A stretch of 64,000 nucleotides of DNA, from positions 1 through 64,000 of IMG/VR virus record IMGVR_UViG_3300033512_000452; one strand, given 5' to 3'. Numbering within the stretch: position 1 is the first letter of the stretch; each line of letters starts with the position of its first letter. Below are positions 23,177 to 34,049 of this stretch, piece after piece. The notes under the pieces were generated by a model that was given only the letters and a program-made list of their open reading frames with translations, searched no databases and was not told the origin of the DNA. This DNA comes from a virus. The position numbers and the translations under genes are program-made.

Positions 23177-26100
23177 ATGAGTAAAGCAACAAGGGCTATT
23201 TTAAGAAGATACGAAGAACGCAAAAACCTTGCCGGATTACGTCCGAACGCTAAAGGGTACGAAATGCCAAACATCGAAAGCGACGATGACTTTGAGCAAT
23301 ACAACCTAGAGCAACGAGCGAAAGAGTTTTGGTCTAGTCTTCACCCTGAGTTATCTTCTCCTATCCCTTTAACAAATCCAGCGGCTGGATATGAAGATAT
23401 TCGAACCTTATACGCAAACCTTCCGCCAGCGCAGCCTACAACAAGAATGTCAACCAAAGAGGATTGGAATGCAAGTCTTTTATCCAGCGCCAGCAGAGAT
23501 CTTGATGAATACGAGGTTATGTCTGGTTTTAGCCAACCTAAGAGAAAACCTCAAACTCCTACGCCGTTAGGTTTGCCTACATCTAGATCCTTTAGGTCTA
23601 TGATGGCATCGACGATAGCCAAAGAGATAACAATTCAACCTACTGAGTCTGAAAATGCCTTAATTTACGCAAGAGAAAATCCGACAGTTAACACGTTAAT
23701 GCGGGCTTACGATCCATCTCTAGCAAGAAATACAGTTAATCTTGGTCAATATGATTCAAGAAGCAATGAAACTATCTTCGAAATGAGCAACAGGCAACGA
23801 GCGCGAGAAACGAAAGGCGGATCATCTTTCGTAATTAACACGCTTGGTGTTGCATTTAACCGGCAGGTACATTCATCTCTTAAGAATCAACTTGGATTCG
23901 TTCCATTAATGGAAAATCTTACTCTTGCGCAAGAAAAAGATATCATGCTGATTCCAGGATACTCGCCGGAAGTTGACGAAATCAGGAATTCCGACTCCTT
24001 TAAGCAAGCTATGTTAGAAAGAGGGGGATCAGAGAGAGAAGCTCTCCTTGAAGCTATCGGCGGGTTGAATGTTCCTTTTGTGAAATTATCCCCAGACGCT
24101 AAACCTACCAGATATCAACGCGGAGGGAAAGATAACAACAAATTCCTTCCTACTGAAACTGGCGGGTATGTGTTTGATTCCAGCACAGATAGATTTGTTC
24201 CATATAATCCTAAGAACGCGTACTCATTAAGCGACGATATGCTTGAGAAGATCAAGGGCGTGCTTGGTGGAACACACGTTGATTTTATGCGCAAAGAACA
24301 GCGCGACGCTATGACAGGAATTGTTCGCGACACAAGAAACGCCGCGCCTGAAGTTGATTTCTCAACAATTGCTATTGAATACTTCCAGGGAATGCTTCAA
24401 TATGCCGTTGGTAATGTTGATAAAAGAATTGAGATTGAAACAAAAAAGGCTGGTGGAGCCTTGCATAACCCGGATGGCTTAAGGGACAATATTAAAACTC
24501 AGATTGCAAGGATGTTTTCTGCTTCTACTGAAATTTATAATTTCTTTAACGCCCAATATGCCCACGGTGTAGACCCCGACGCGAATAAAGAACCGGATCA
24601 CGAATCTGCTAAAAGATCCCTTAGTGACTTCAATAACGCATATGCTCTTGCTGCATATCCAAAAATGAAAGACACTAGCTTCTTGTCTTTTTCTGATATC
24701 TCTACGTTTTTTAATTTAGGAAAGACAGTCCCTTCCGTCAATGAAAATGGTAATGTATTTCTAAAAAATAAAAGAAAAAAAATAGAGATAAAAAACGAGT
24801 TAGTAGAGGTCAACAACTTCCCGAGAAATCTTCAAGTAACTCAAACAGTATCGAGGTCAATGTTGTCTTTCGGGACACTTACTGGCGCACACTTGGAGCT
24901 TGACGGGCGAGATTCAATAGAGACGATGCAGGCCGCTGATGCTGATGTCTTTGAAAGTTTGATCGCATTTAAGGGTGGGTACAAACAAGATAATTTGTTC
25001 GCGTATCTATTCGGTAAAGTTATATTCAATACATTTAAAAAGACAGATCAAAAGCAAAGTCAAGCGCTCGCACAGTATACCCTCGCTAATAGTAATCCTC
25101 AATTCGGGGAGAGAGTTGCTCTTCAAAACTCTGCCGTAACCGATTACGACAAAAGAAGATATCAAATCGGAAGTTTTATGAAAAGACTGGGCGTGCAGAG
25201 CATTCCAGTTCCAGGCTTCTTTTCGAAAAACGGAGAGCTAAATGATGGTCAAGGCTTAATTAACCTTGATGATATTCGCGTTACAGACCCCAAAAAGGTT
25301 AAAGAGTATTGGCGTCAAAAACTTATTAACCAAGAGAACGCCAGACACGAATCAAGTATGGCGGCTTATAAATCTGCGTATACAACTGAAACCAACTTTA
25401 ACGCAGAAGAAAGAATATCCAAACTTAGAGAGCAACAAGAAATTGTAGATCAATATGCTTTTCGCAGAATCGATATAGACGATGTTTTTGAAACTTACGC
25501 GGATTTTGACCGTCGGATAAAGGAAACAAAAAACTTACCAATGCCGATAGGTAATCGGGTAAATAATCTCTCTGTGCTTTCAGAGATCCACGCAAAAAAC
25601 ATATCAGAAATCGATAAATTTAAAGCCGCTAATGCCGCTAAAAAATTTGGTTATTTTTATGATTACAAAAGAGTCCCAGAAGGTTACGCCCCTTTAGTTC
25701 TCAATAGTGACGATTCTGGGATTGTCCGAGATATGGTATTGCCAAATCCAGGACTAAAACAAGGGGACTACCCTGCATCAATCAAGAAAATGATGAATGC
25801 CATCGTAATGATGTACTCTGCTGAAGGCATTGGGGTAATGGGAGAGACAAAACAAGAAGCAGATATGTCTGAATTGGGTGATGCTCTTGATCGCAGTGAG
25901 ATGGTTGTGTTTGGCGGTCGCTTGATTAATAGAGTTTCCATGGACAAAGAGTTCCCTGGTGGTGCATCGGAGTTGTGGGGCGTTAATTCAAATGAAACAG
26001 AAGAGGATTCTGATTTCGCTAATACAGCGCCTGGGTACAGCAAGGATGGGACATCGGAATTTAATACAGCATTGTCTCGTGAGAGAAGTGCGTTAATTCT

Positions 26101-29100
26101 TATGGCTAAAGATGCCGCAAAACGTCTTGGTAAATCAGTGAAAATAACAAAAGATACAACCATTGAGAAATTACGAGAGATTGTTTACAGCGAATCTAAT
26201 TGGATGAAGACGATGGTCGACGACGCGATAACAAATGGCGGAAAAGGTGGTTTTAATCCATACAATTTTGATCCTAGTTATAAAACAGCCAGCATAGCGA
26301 TAAGTAAAGCGACAAGATTAAACACTAGCACTATGGAACGCGTTGGCGATGGATGGAAGGTTCCGGCGCAACCAATTAATGCTTTATTGGCCGCTGTTGA
26401 CAATGCGTTCTCGAGATTTACTAGAAATAGTCCGGTTTCCGGCGCCGGAAATAATCCCTTGACTGTTCCAGAAAAACAAGGTCCAGTAAAAGCTAATGTA
26501 CCTTACACGTTGAAAGGTCAGACTGGCGAGAGATTACCTACACCTGATGAACTCAATGAATTAGGCGTTGATTTAGAGGAGTACAAAAAAATAATGAATA
26601 AAAAAGGCGGATCCGGTGCTTATATACATCTTGAGGCGAGGATAGGTGAATCTCTTAATAATCAGAGCGATCGAATGGAATCTATTCGATATGGTTTAAG
26701 TAAAATTGGCGTACCAATAGGTCGCAAAAAAGCAGAGGCTCCAGAAAATCGCCCAGCACTTCCTGCTGGAAACTTTGCCAGTAACGTGTGGGGAAGATTT
26801 AGAGCAGAGGCTCCAGAGAAATATGGACCAGAGAGCGAGGTTTTGGCTCCCTACTTCAGCGAGATGAATGGTATTTCAAGAAAAGAGTTAGATAATCGTG
26901 CAATGACGGCATCTAAGATTATTCAAGATCGCCGGTCTGGACTTGAAAATCCGATAACTTCTTACGGTAATATCTTGGATGATTATCTTGACAATTATTA
27001 CGGTCGAGGGATAGAAAACAAAGAGGCTTTTGAGACTTGGGTTAGTGATCGTGGAAGTTCAGATCCTGTTGAGTTTGGTAAATTTATGTCTCAAGTCTTT
27101 GTGCCCCTTATTGGACAGCATACGTATATCAAACAAAGCAACCGCGGGGAATACGATCATGCCGGAACTGTTTACAATGAATTAAGTCGTATCATCCCCA
27201 AAGCGTCAGAGATGCTCCCGAAGATGTCAGAGGTACTCGCTGCAGGGGAGCCCAACGATGTTGTTGGCGATCAAACGAATGTCTCAAGTACCTTGAATGA
27301 CGTTCTTTACCCTCGATATTCAGATAAAATTAATGGAATTTTATCAAGGGTAAACGATTCTATATCATCTGGGCGCAACTTCCTTTTGGGCAGCCCTCCA
27401 GGATCGCAGAAGACTTCTGCCATTTATCAGGCTGTAAGTGCACGCCCGGGGTTGGGGATTATTACTACGCCGTTGAGCAGCTTGAGTCGTGGGCACGAAT
27501 CAAGATTTAGAAAAGGCTTGGCCGAAAACGGTATTTACGACGTCCCTAGCACTTTCTTTTTAGGTGGGCATCCCGGGGAATTTGATCCTGACAGAATGGA
27601 CCAGGCAGAGTACGACAAAGACGTTGCTGAGTACAATAATTCGCATTACGAATTCCTAAGAGCCGTAATGGAGAAATCAGGCGTGGATGCGGTCTTTCGC
27701 GGTGTTGACGAGTCTGGCGAGTATACGACACGAAAATACTCTATTGATGAAGCAAGAGGGCCTAATTTTAGGAATTTCATTGGACGAGGAACTCATCCAT
27801 GGAGCGCTTTTGTCGATTTATATGGAACGCCGAAATTCAAAAGAAGTGTCATTAATGAGAATACGTCGGAAGACAATCGTGTTGTTGCGATTATGTCGCC
27901 GGAAAAGCTCTCTCATCTACAGGGAGAGAATGGCGAAAATCCAAGTAAACTTGGCAGGATAATAAACTATTTAAAGAATGAAGACCAGATTGGAGCAATT
28001 GCGATTGATGAGGTCCAGAAGGGATTTACAGACGCAAACGTTTCCAGGCCTGATTTACTTGATCAAATCAGAGTTGCGAGAGATGAATATCCTCGCGTTC
28101 CAGTGATGATGGCAGGTGGTTCGTTGGATCCTGATGATGTTGACATGATCAAAGATTTCTTCTCCGAGCAAGGGATTGATTCCCATTACGAAAGAACGAA
28201 CATGAGTAAATATATTGACCCTGATGTTATTCTTGCAAAAAGAGATCAGTGGGGGAAGATTGCAGCCGAAAGAATGAATCAAGATCCAAATTTGCTTACA
28301 TACGTTGATTCAACATCAAGGGCAAACGAGATTTACGGTATTGTTTCAGCAGGTGGTCAAGACGCTCATATCCAGCACAAAGGAACTGGTGACAAAAGAT
28401 TTCCTGGCGCGGTTTCAAGGGAAATGAACGAGGATGTCTCTAGGCATATCTCAGACAGAACCAACATGCCGAGAACAGTCGCAACCGGCGCAATGGGGGA
28501 AGGTATTGATATGCCTTGGGTTAAAAACACCCAACTTATTGGTATCCCGAATAATACTGACGAAATAATGCAAAGAGCTATGCGAGCACGCGAATCGAAT
28601 ATGGGCCCAGGAGAACGTTCTACTGTAACAATGATCACAGACCTCGATGAAATCCAAAAACGAGCAAATGGAATCAAGGAAACGGCAGCGAGTGTTACTC
28701 CAAATTCGATTCTTGCCGCTTTCAGAAGAGTTCAGGGTTTCTTGACCAATGGTGACGCTTCTCCGAATTGGAAGATAAGCGGAAAGCAAATAGAAGACGT
28801 AATCGGTGATACGCTTTATGCTTCGACAAATAATCACACGTCTCGTCTTCACGCTGGAATGGTTAAAGGAATCATGGCAACATCTGGTCTTCTCGCTATG
28901 GATGGCGATGATGGGTTTAATTACACAATTCACAATGATGTCTCTGAATTGAGTGACGACGATATCAAAAAGAAATTAAACGATGGCGTATACAAAGACC
29001 CAGAGACACTCGTTGATAACCCATTAACTATGCAGGAGTATGTCAATAAGTCAGCGAACTACAGAAAAACATTAATGATGAGTGCTTATCATAGTATCCG

Positions 29101-32100
29101 CCACCAACATATTCGCCAAAGTTTAGCAAAAATTACAGCAGAGGCGCCAGACAATAAGCCAAACTTTATGGTTCCTGGCCAAGAAAACCTATTCTTGAAA
29201 ATTAAAACAGAAAACGGAATGGAATATCAGAAAGCAACTGGCGGTAGTGGCCCTGATTTTTCAGAGATCAGCGAGTTAGATATTGTCACAGCTCAACAAC
29301 GCGGAGAGATTGTTGGTACGATCCATGATCATATTTCTGCTCATGGTCGATCTGGTTTTTCGAGTTCTGATAAAGAATTATCCGCTCTTGGGAGCGTTGA
29401 AGTTGTCGAGTCAACAGGTTTGAAGAGATTTGAAGCTAACGCTAAAGGAGACAATTTCGTCAGCGATAGTTCTCCTAGTTTTGACCTCAAAGCAATAGAA
29501 AGTGCATTTGCCAAAGTTGTTAAATCCTTGAATAACTTTGGTGGGCGCATGGAAGAAATAAACGAAGCCATGGCTGATGGTACATCTAGCCTTAGCAAAA
29601 ACATGGTTGCGTTTAATTCTGTGATAAAAGATTTAACACCAGACGAAAGATCTGGCGTGTCAAATATCGCAAAACAACAGCAAGGGCTTTATTCGGCGGC
29701 GGGAAATGATCTCCTGGCTGGTTTCGTTGCCCAAAAATTAGATCCTTTATATCAACCACGCTCTAATTCCCAATCATTTGACTTCTATCAACCTTCTACC
29801 GGAAAAACATTTGATCCCATTCAAGCAGCGAGAGCTGCGCAAGCGGAGCAAAGAAGTGCTTTAGTTGAATCTAGTAGGAAGGACTTCTTCGCCAGAAGTG
29901 GTGTTTCCTCAAACGAAATCGCCAAAAGATATGGTGTTAGTAAAGAAACGCTCGTAGGCAGAATGAGGCAGGACGCTTTTCGTGGTTTTTCTGATACAGA
30001 TGGTTCCCCGAGAGGCGTTGGAGAAAGAGCCAAAATTGACGGAGTTTCAGTATCTGAGCAGATTGGAAATATCCTTATTGAGAGAGAAGAAGGCAGAAAG
30101 AAAACACTGTCAATCTATGGGAGTGATATATCTCGCGGCACAGTCAATAAAGCTCTCGCAAAAAGAGGTATGCTTTTTGATGAAGCAAGTATCGGCGATG
30201 TAAATGACATTATTTCCGAAAGCGAAGCTCAAAATGCGACATCCGTTGAACGCAAAAGATCTATTCGCAGATTTGAGATATCTACTGGCGGACAATCTTC
30301 TAAGGCGCTTACTCATTTCTCTGGTGGAATGACAGATACTGAAATATCAGAAATGCCTGAGCAGGAGTATCAACAGTTAACCGAAAGAGTTACGGAAACA
30401 ATAGAGTCAGTCAGGGGTCGCGTTGAAGGAATTAAGCAACTTGGCAACATGGCCGGAAAAGTCCTCAAACAGGCAGCCGATATCCAAGGAAGAGATTTAT
30501 TATCTAGAGATGAAGACACATTAGTTACGCGCGGAAAACAAGGATTATCTCCTGTAAGTGATGACGAGTTATCCGGGATGATAGGGAGAGCCAATTCTTG
30601 GGAGGATATGTTCTCGGGTCTTGCTGGCGGTAGGTACGGAAGAAAGCTAGGCATATTTAGAGGGAAGCAAATTAATGAACGTAAAGCCAACCGCTCATTA
30701 AGTGAACTGATTGGGTCAGATGAGATCGATGAAGATATCTTTTCAATGGATCCTGATGAGTTAGTTGATCGTCCTGGTATGTTTGGTGGATTAAAAGACA
30801 GACTTCGCGGAAGGCAAACGAGAAAGGATCACGTTGCTGAACAGATTCACGAACAACAGGATATCCAGGATAATCAATCTGTTTTCAAACGACCAATGAT
30901 CCAAGCAGCATTCGCTGGATACATTGTCGGTAACGCCTTTTCTCAAATAGCTGGCAGCTCTCTTCAAAATGCTTATCAATATACAGCGCAGAATCCATAT
31001 ATGCAATCTTCTGGGTTCTCACCGTTCTCAGGGACTGGTTCTGGGTTTGCTTTACGCCAAAAAGTAAACGAAGAGGAGTTGGGCAAGAGTTTCCAGGAAT
31101 CTCACGGTATATCTATGAGCTTGGGGTATATGAATCTTGGATTCGGGAAAGCTTTACAGAGCGCTCAATACGGAGTTGGGATCATGGCCGCAGGCGTATC
31201 TGCGGCGGAGTCTGTTTCAAGTATTGCATTTCAGCAGTCCATGATGGGCACAACCCCTAAAGCAATGAAGGCGTTAGGTAAAGCTGCTGGGATTGGTGGG
31301 GCAATTGCCGCTACAGTCGGTACACTTACTTCAGTTTTTGATGTCGCAAACGAGCCATTAGCTGATTATATTTTTGACAAAGAGAAACTTGGCGAAAGAA
31401 GCTACACAATTGGAACAGGACCAGATTCCTTCATTGCTAATAACGCGTTATTGGATACGTTGTCAAAAGAAACAAAACTTGATTTTTGGGATGATCCTAT
31501 AACGCGAATCGGTACGAATATCAATTCTTTTATCCCTGGTATGGGTACCGCTGTATTTGAAGCCAACAAACAATACGCAAATTCATTAGGATTATCTAAC
31601 GAAGAAATCCTCAAAGCGATGCCTAAGAGAGTCGCTGACGTATTAGCTCCGCTTGTTGAGTCGGAAGAACACAAAAAAGCGTCTGATTTAAACGATCGGG
31701 CTATTGAAAATCTCCAGAGAGCAGGTCTTGGCGTTACTAGAGAGCAGGCTTCGCCAATAACCGACGGCGCTATGGACGTTTTTGGTAACAACGCCTCTGT
31801 CACCTACTCTGAAATAATGGGTGACTACTATGAGCAATATGGAATCAAAGCAAGCGTAACCGATTCTATGTTAAAAAACACAGCGACCGCAAGTGGTTAC
31901 AGAAGAGACAGCAGGGAGATGTATGACTTGTTGGCGGATTTCTCTTCTGCTGGTTCAGAGAGTGGAGCTTATAACACCTTCGAGAGAAAGAGTCAGACGT
32001 TTTCTGCGACAGCTAATACGACTGGATTAATTTCTGCTTTAAATCCAGGAATCGACACGAGTGTTGATAGGGCACGTGTGCATGATTGGTATGAATCGTC

Positions 32101-33970
32101 TACATCAAACGCTATTACAAAAAGCACAGTCATGGACCTATACAACCAAGTGGCGCCGACAGTTAAAGGCTACGGTCAAAATACTGGAATTGATTTGCTA
32201 AGCCTGATGGATAAAGCTTTCGCTGGATACAACGAAGACACTGTGAATTTAATGAGTCAGTCCATCCAGGGGGATGTTAATGCTCAGTCATGGCTTGCGA
32301 ATACAAACCCAGAAGCGCTGAAGGCTGCTGGCGGCGATCCGGATTCAATGCGTTGGTTTGATACAAAAGGAGATAATTTATTCCAATCAAACCCGATTGA
32401 AGCTTCACGTCAATTCTTAAATCTGTCCAGAACTAACACCGCTGGCGGAATCGAAGCTCGGAGACAAATTAGTAAATACGGGATTAGTCGCTCAGAATCT
32501 AACGCAATGTCTGGCTCTCAATTATTAACAAAGATGGGTGTGGACTCCGGCATTGTTAATACGTTAGAAAAAACTGGTTGGGGTTTTGAAGATCTTGGCA
32601 ATCCGAGTTTAACAAAAACAGTTGACGGTGTTACGTACAGCACGCCAGCTTACAATATAAATAAACTTCAAGATCAATCTTTTGGGCTTCAATATGCTGG
32701 CGTTGCAGCTCAGCAAGAATACAACGCGGCATCTCGTCCGATTCAAGATGAAATAAATAGGATACAACATAAATCACAACTGAGGTCATTCAAGCAACAA
32801 AGGTCTAATATCGAAACCAATAGATCTTTTGAGTTACAACAAAACGCAATATCATATGACCGCATGACAACGGGTCACGAGTACCAGCGTTGGCAGACCG
32901 AGTTTAACCGAGAGGCTCAATTACAAGAAAGGGGTTGGACCAGGGAAGATTGGGGTTATCAGGATTGGCAGAGTGGTTTCCAGCGCGAGACAAGTTTGCT
33001 TCAGCGCGATTGGAGTAGATCTGATAATAAATACTCAGCGACACAACGCGCATCCTCTCGCTCTCTTGATTTAAGCCAAAGACAGTGGGCCGTTGAAGAT
33101 CAACAATTTAACCGCCAAGTATCCGGTTTGCAGTTTAGTTGGTCAATGGAAGATTTCGATGAAAATATTAGATTCTCATCTGGCAGGGAAAGGAAAAATT
33201 TAATCAAGCAGCGTGACCGCGCTGTAACCACCCAGAACCTCGAAGAAGGTCAGACTGAAAAACAAAACTCTCGTCAAGCTAAAGTGTGGGCGAAACAAGA
33301 TGAAATGTGGACGAAAGAGTCTGATCATATTTCGGAGATCAATAAAAGACAAGAAGATCTTTGGGCACGCGAAGATGAAATGTGGACGAAAGAGAAATCC
33401 CACATTGAAACTATTCGCAATCGGCAGGAAGAGGTCTGGAAAAAAGAAGATAAGCAATATACCAAACAAAAAGAGTATTCCGAAAAACTTATGGCTCTCG
33501 ATTTGTTGCAGTACAACTTAACAGTTGCTCAGCAAACAGCATCTTACAATATGCAAAAAGAAAATCTTATAAATCAAGAAAAAGATTATAAGAAGTTATA
33601 CAAACTCCAAAAGGACCAAATTGATCTGCAAAGGAGTTACGAAGACAAGCAGATTGCCCTCCAACTCGCAAGTATCGCCAACTCTCAAGCACAGTTAGCT
33701 GAGCAAAGAAAAATGACTGTTGGAATTAAGGATTTCGGCCAAGCCGCAAGTGCCGCTTTGGACGCTTCAACCTTGAGGGCTAAAATGGCACCGTTGGCAA
33801 CTGCCATTGAATACATAAGCAATATGGTGGATAACATAAACAATCTTGATACGAATAAAACAAATGCACTTGAGTGGACTATTGATACGTTGGATGGTCT
33901 TGACACTTACAGACTTCAACAACTTCGTAATTTTATTTACGATATCAACAACTCAAACCCACCGGACTAA
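23177..33970 (+). CDS. giant 3597-aa tail protein: tape-measure-like C-terminal third fused to a long N-terminal region with an SF2 helicase-like core (polyvalent-protein type)
   Basis: Uninterrupted ORF in the tape-measure position. The C-terminal part has hydrophobic Gly/Ala-rich segments (GVGIMAAGVSAAE, AAGIGGAIAATVGTL) and periodic Trp repeats (RWQTEF, EDWGYQDWQ, RDWSRSD, KVWAKQDEMWTKE, DLWAREDEMWTKE, EVWKKED). Confidence 0.8.
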   Translation: MSKATRAILRRYEERKNLAGLRPNAKGYEMPNIESDDDFEQYNLEQRAKEFWSSLHPELSSPIPLTNPAAGYEDIRTLYANLPPAQPTTRMSTKEDWNASLLSSASRDLDEYEVMSGFSQPKRKPQTPTPLGLPTSRSFRSMMASTIAKEITIQPTESENALIYARENPTVNTLMRAYDPSLARNTVNLGQYDSRSNETIFEMSNRQRARETKGGSSFVINTLGVAFNRQVHSSLKNQLGFVPLMENLTLAQEKDIMLIPGYSPEVDEIRNSDSFKQAMLERGGSEREALLEAIGGLNVPFVKLSPDAKPTRYQRGGKDNNKFLPTETGGYVFDSSTDRFVPYNPKNAYSLSDDMLEKIKGVLGGTHVDFMRKEQRDAMTGIVRDTRNAAPEVDFSTIAIEYFQGMLQYAVGNVDKRIEIETKKAGGALHNPDGLRDNIKTQIARMFSASTEIYNFFNAQYAHGVDPDANKEPDHESAKRSLSDFNNAYALAAYPKMKDTSFLSFSDISTFFNLGKTVPSVNENGNVFLKNKRKKIEIKNELVEVNNFPRNLQVTQTVSRSMLSFGTLTGAHLELDGRDSIETMQAADADVFESLIAFKGGYKQDNLFAYLFGKVIFNTFKKTDQKQSQALAQYTLANSNPQFGERVALQNSAVTDYDKRRYQIGSFMKRLGVQSIPVPGFFSKNGELNDGQGLINLDDIRVTDPKKVKEYWRQKLINQENARHESSMAAYKSAYTTETNFNAEERISKLREQQEIVDQYAFRRIDIDDVFETYADFDRRIKETKNLPMPIGNRVNNLSVLSEIHAKNISEIDKFKAANAAKKFGYFYDYKRVPEGYAPLVLNSDDSGIVRDMVLPNPGLKQGDYPASIKKMMNAIVMMYSAEGIGVMGETKQEADMSELGDALDRSEMVVFGGRLINRVSMDKEFPGGASELWGVNSNETEEDSDFANTAPGYSKDGTSEFNTALSRERSALILMAKDAAKRLGKSVKITKDTTIEKLREIVYSESNWMKTMVDDAITNGGKGGFNPYNFDPSYKTASIAISKATRLNTSTMERVGDGWKVPAQPINALLAAVDNAFSRFTRNSPVSGAGNNPLTVPEKQGPVKANVPYTLKGQTGERLPTPDELNELGVDLEEYKKIMNKKGGSGAYIHLEARIGESLNNQSDRMESIRYGLSKIGVPIGRKKAEAPENRPALPAGNFASNVWGRFRAEAPEKYGPESEVLAPYFSEMNGISRKELDNRAMTASKIIQDRRSGLENPITSYGNILDDYLDNYYGRGIENKEAFETWVSDRGSSDPVEFGKFMSQVFVPLIGQHTYIKQSNRGEYDHAGTVYNELSRIIPKASEMLPKMSEVLAAGEPNDVVGDQTNVSSTLNDVLYPRYSDKINGILSRVNDSISSGRNFLLGSPPGSQKTSAIYQAVSARPGLGIITTPLSSLSRGHESRFRKGLAENGIYDVPSTFFLGGHPGEFDPDRMDQAEYDKDVAEYNNSHYEFLRAVMEKSGVDAVFRGVDESGEYTTRKYSIDEARGPNFRNFIGRGTHPWSAFVDLYGTPKFKRSVINENTSEDNRVVAIMSPEKLSHLQGENGENPSKLGRIINYLKNEDQIGAIAIDEVQKGFTDANVSRPDLLDQIRVARDEYPRVPVMMAGGSLDPDDVDMIKDFFSEQGIDSHYERTNMSKYIDPDVILAKRDQWGKIAAERMNQDPNLLTYVDSTSRANEIYGIVSAGGQDAHIQHKGTGDKRFPGAVSREMNEDVSRHISDRTNMPRTVATGAMGEGIDMPWVKNTQLIGIPNNTDEIMQRAMRARESNMGPGERSTVTMITDLDEIQKRANGIKETAASVTPNSILAAFRRVQGFLTNGDASPNWKISGKQIEDVIGDTLYASTNNHTSRLHAGMVKGIMATSGLLAMDGDDGFNYTIHNDVSELSDDDIKKKLNDGVYKDPETLVDNPLTMQEYVNKSANYRKTLMMSAYHSIRHQHIRQSLAKITAEAPDNKPNFMVPGQENLFLKIKTENGMEYQKATGGSGPDFSEISELDIVTAQQRGEIVGTIHDHISAHGRSGFSSSDKELSALGSVEVVESTGLKRFEANAKGDNFVSDSSPSFDLKAIESAFAKVVKSLNNFGGRMEEINEAMADGTSSLSKNMVAFNSVIKDLTPDERSGVSNIAKQQQGLYSAAGNDLLAGFVAQKLDPLYQPRSNSQSFDFYQPSTGKTFDPIQAARAAQAEQRSALVESSRKDFFARSGVSSNEIAKRYGVSKETLVGRMRQDAFRGFSDTDGSPRGVGERAKIDGVSVSEQIGNILIEREEGRKKTLSIYGSDISRGTVNKALAKRGMLFDEASIGDVNDIISESEAQNATSVERKRSIRRFEISTGGQSSKALTHFSGGMTDTEISEMPEQEYQQLTERVTETIESVRGRVEGIKQLGNMAGKVLKQAADIQGRDLLSRDEDTLVTRGKQGLSPVSDDELSGMIGRANSWEDMFSGLAGGRYGRKLGIFRGKQINERKANRSLSELIGSDEIDEDIFSMDPDELVDRPGMFGGLKDRLRGRQTRKDHVAEQIHEQQDIQDNQSVFKRPMIQAAFAGYIVGNAFSQIAGSSLQNAYQYTAQNPYMQSSGFSPFSGTGSGFALRQKVNEEELGKSFQESHGISMSLGYMNLGFGKALQSAQYGVGIMAAGVSAAESVSSIAFQQSMMGTTPKAMKALGKAAGIGGAIAATVGTLTSVFDVANEPLADYIFDKEKLGERSYTIGTGPDSFIANNALLDTLSKETKLDFWDDPITRIGTNINSFIPGMGTAVFEANKQYANSLGLSNEEILKAMPKRVADVLAPLVESEEHKKASDLNDRAIENLQRAGLGVTREQASPITDGAMDVFGNNASVTYSEIMGDYYEQYGIKASVTDSMLKNTATASGYRRDSREMYDLLADFSSAGSESGAYNTFERKSQTFSATANTTGLISALNPGIDTSVDRARVHDWYESSTSNAITKSTVMDLYNQVAPTVKGYGQNTGIDLLSLMDKAFAGYNEDTVNLMSQSIQGDVNAQSWLANTNPEALKAAGGDPDSMRWFDTKGDNLFQSNPIEASRQFLNLSRTNTAGGIEARRQISKYGISRSESNAMSGSQLLTKMGVDSGIVNTLEKTGWGFEDLGNPSLTKTVDGVTYSTPAYNINKLQDQSFGLQYAGVAAQQEYNAASRPIQDEINRIQHKSQLRSFKQQRSNIETNRSFELQQNAISYDRMTTGHEYQRWQTEFNREAQLQERGWTREDWGYQDWQSGFQRETSLLQRDWSRSDNKYSATQRASSRSLDLSQRQWAVEDQQFNRQVSGLQFSWSMEDFDENIRFSSGRERKNLIKQRDRAVTTQNLEEGQTEKQNSRQAKVWAKQDEMWTKESDHISEINKRQEDLWAREDEMWTKEKSHIETIRNRQEEVWKKEDKQYTKQKEYSEKLMALDLLQYNLTVAQQTASYNMQKENLINQEKDYKKLYKLQKDQIDLQRSYEDKQIALQLASIANSQAQLAEQRKMTVGIKDFGQAASAALDASTLRAKMAPLATAIEYISNMVDNINNLDTNKTNALEWTIDTLDGLDTYRLQQLRNFIYDINNSNPPD
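26436..26451. repeat. exact copy of the 16-bp palindrome
   Basis: Inside the giant ORF, read as SGAGN. Confidence 0.95.
27360..28610 (+). other. SF2 helicase/ATPase-like core inside the giant ORF
   Basis: Motif I-like LGSPPGSQKTS (about 27388), motif II AIDEVQ (about 28006), motif V-like TVATGAMGEGIDMP (about 28474), motif VI-like MQRAMRAR (about 28566). Gln replaces the usual Gly in motif I and the usual His in motif II. Confidence 0.6.
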
Positions 33971-34049
33971 ATCTAACGTTTTATTTTTTTGCAGAATTCG
34001 TTTTGCGTACTTACTTACGTGGAACAATTGCGTTACAATTGAGGTTAAC

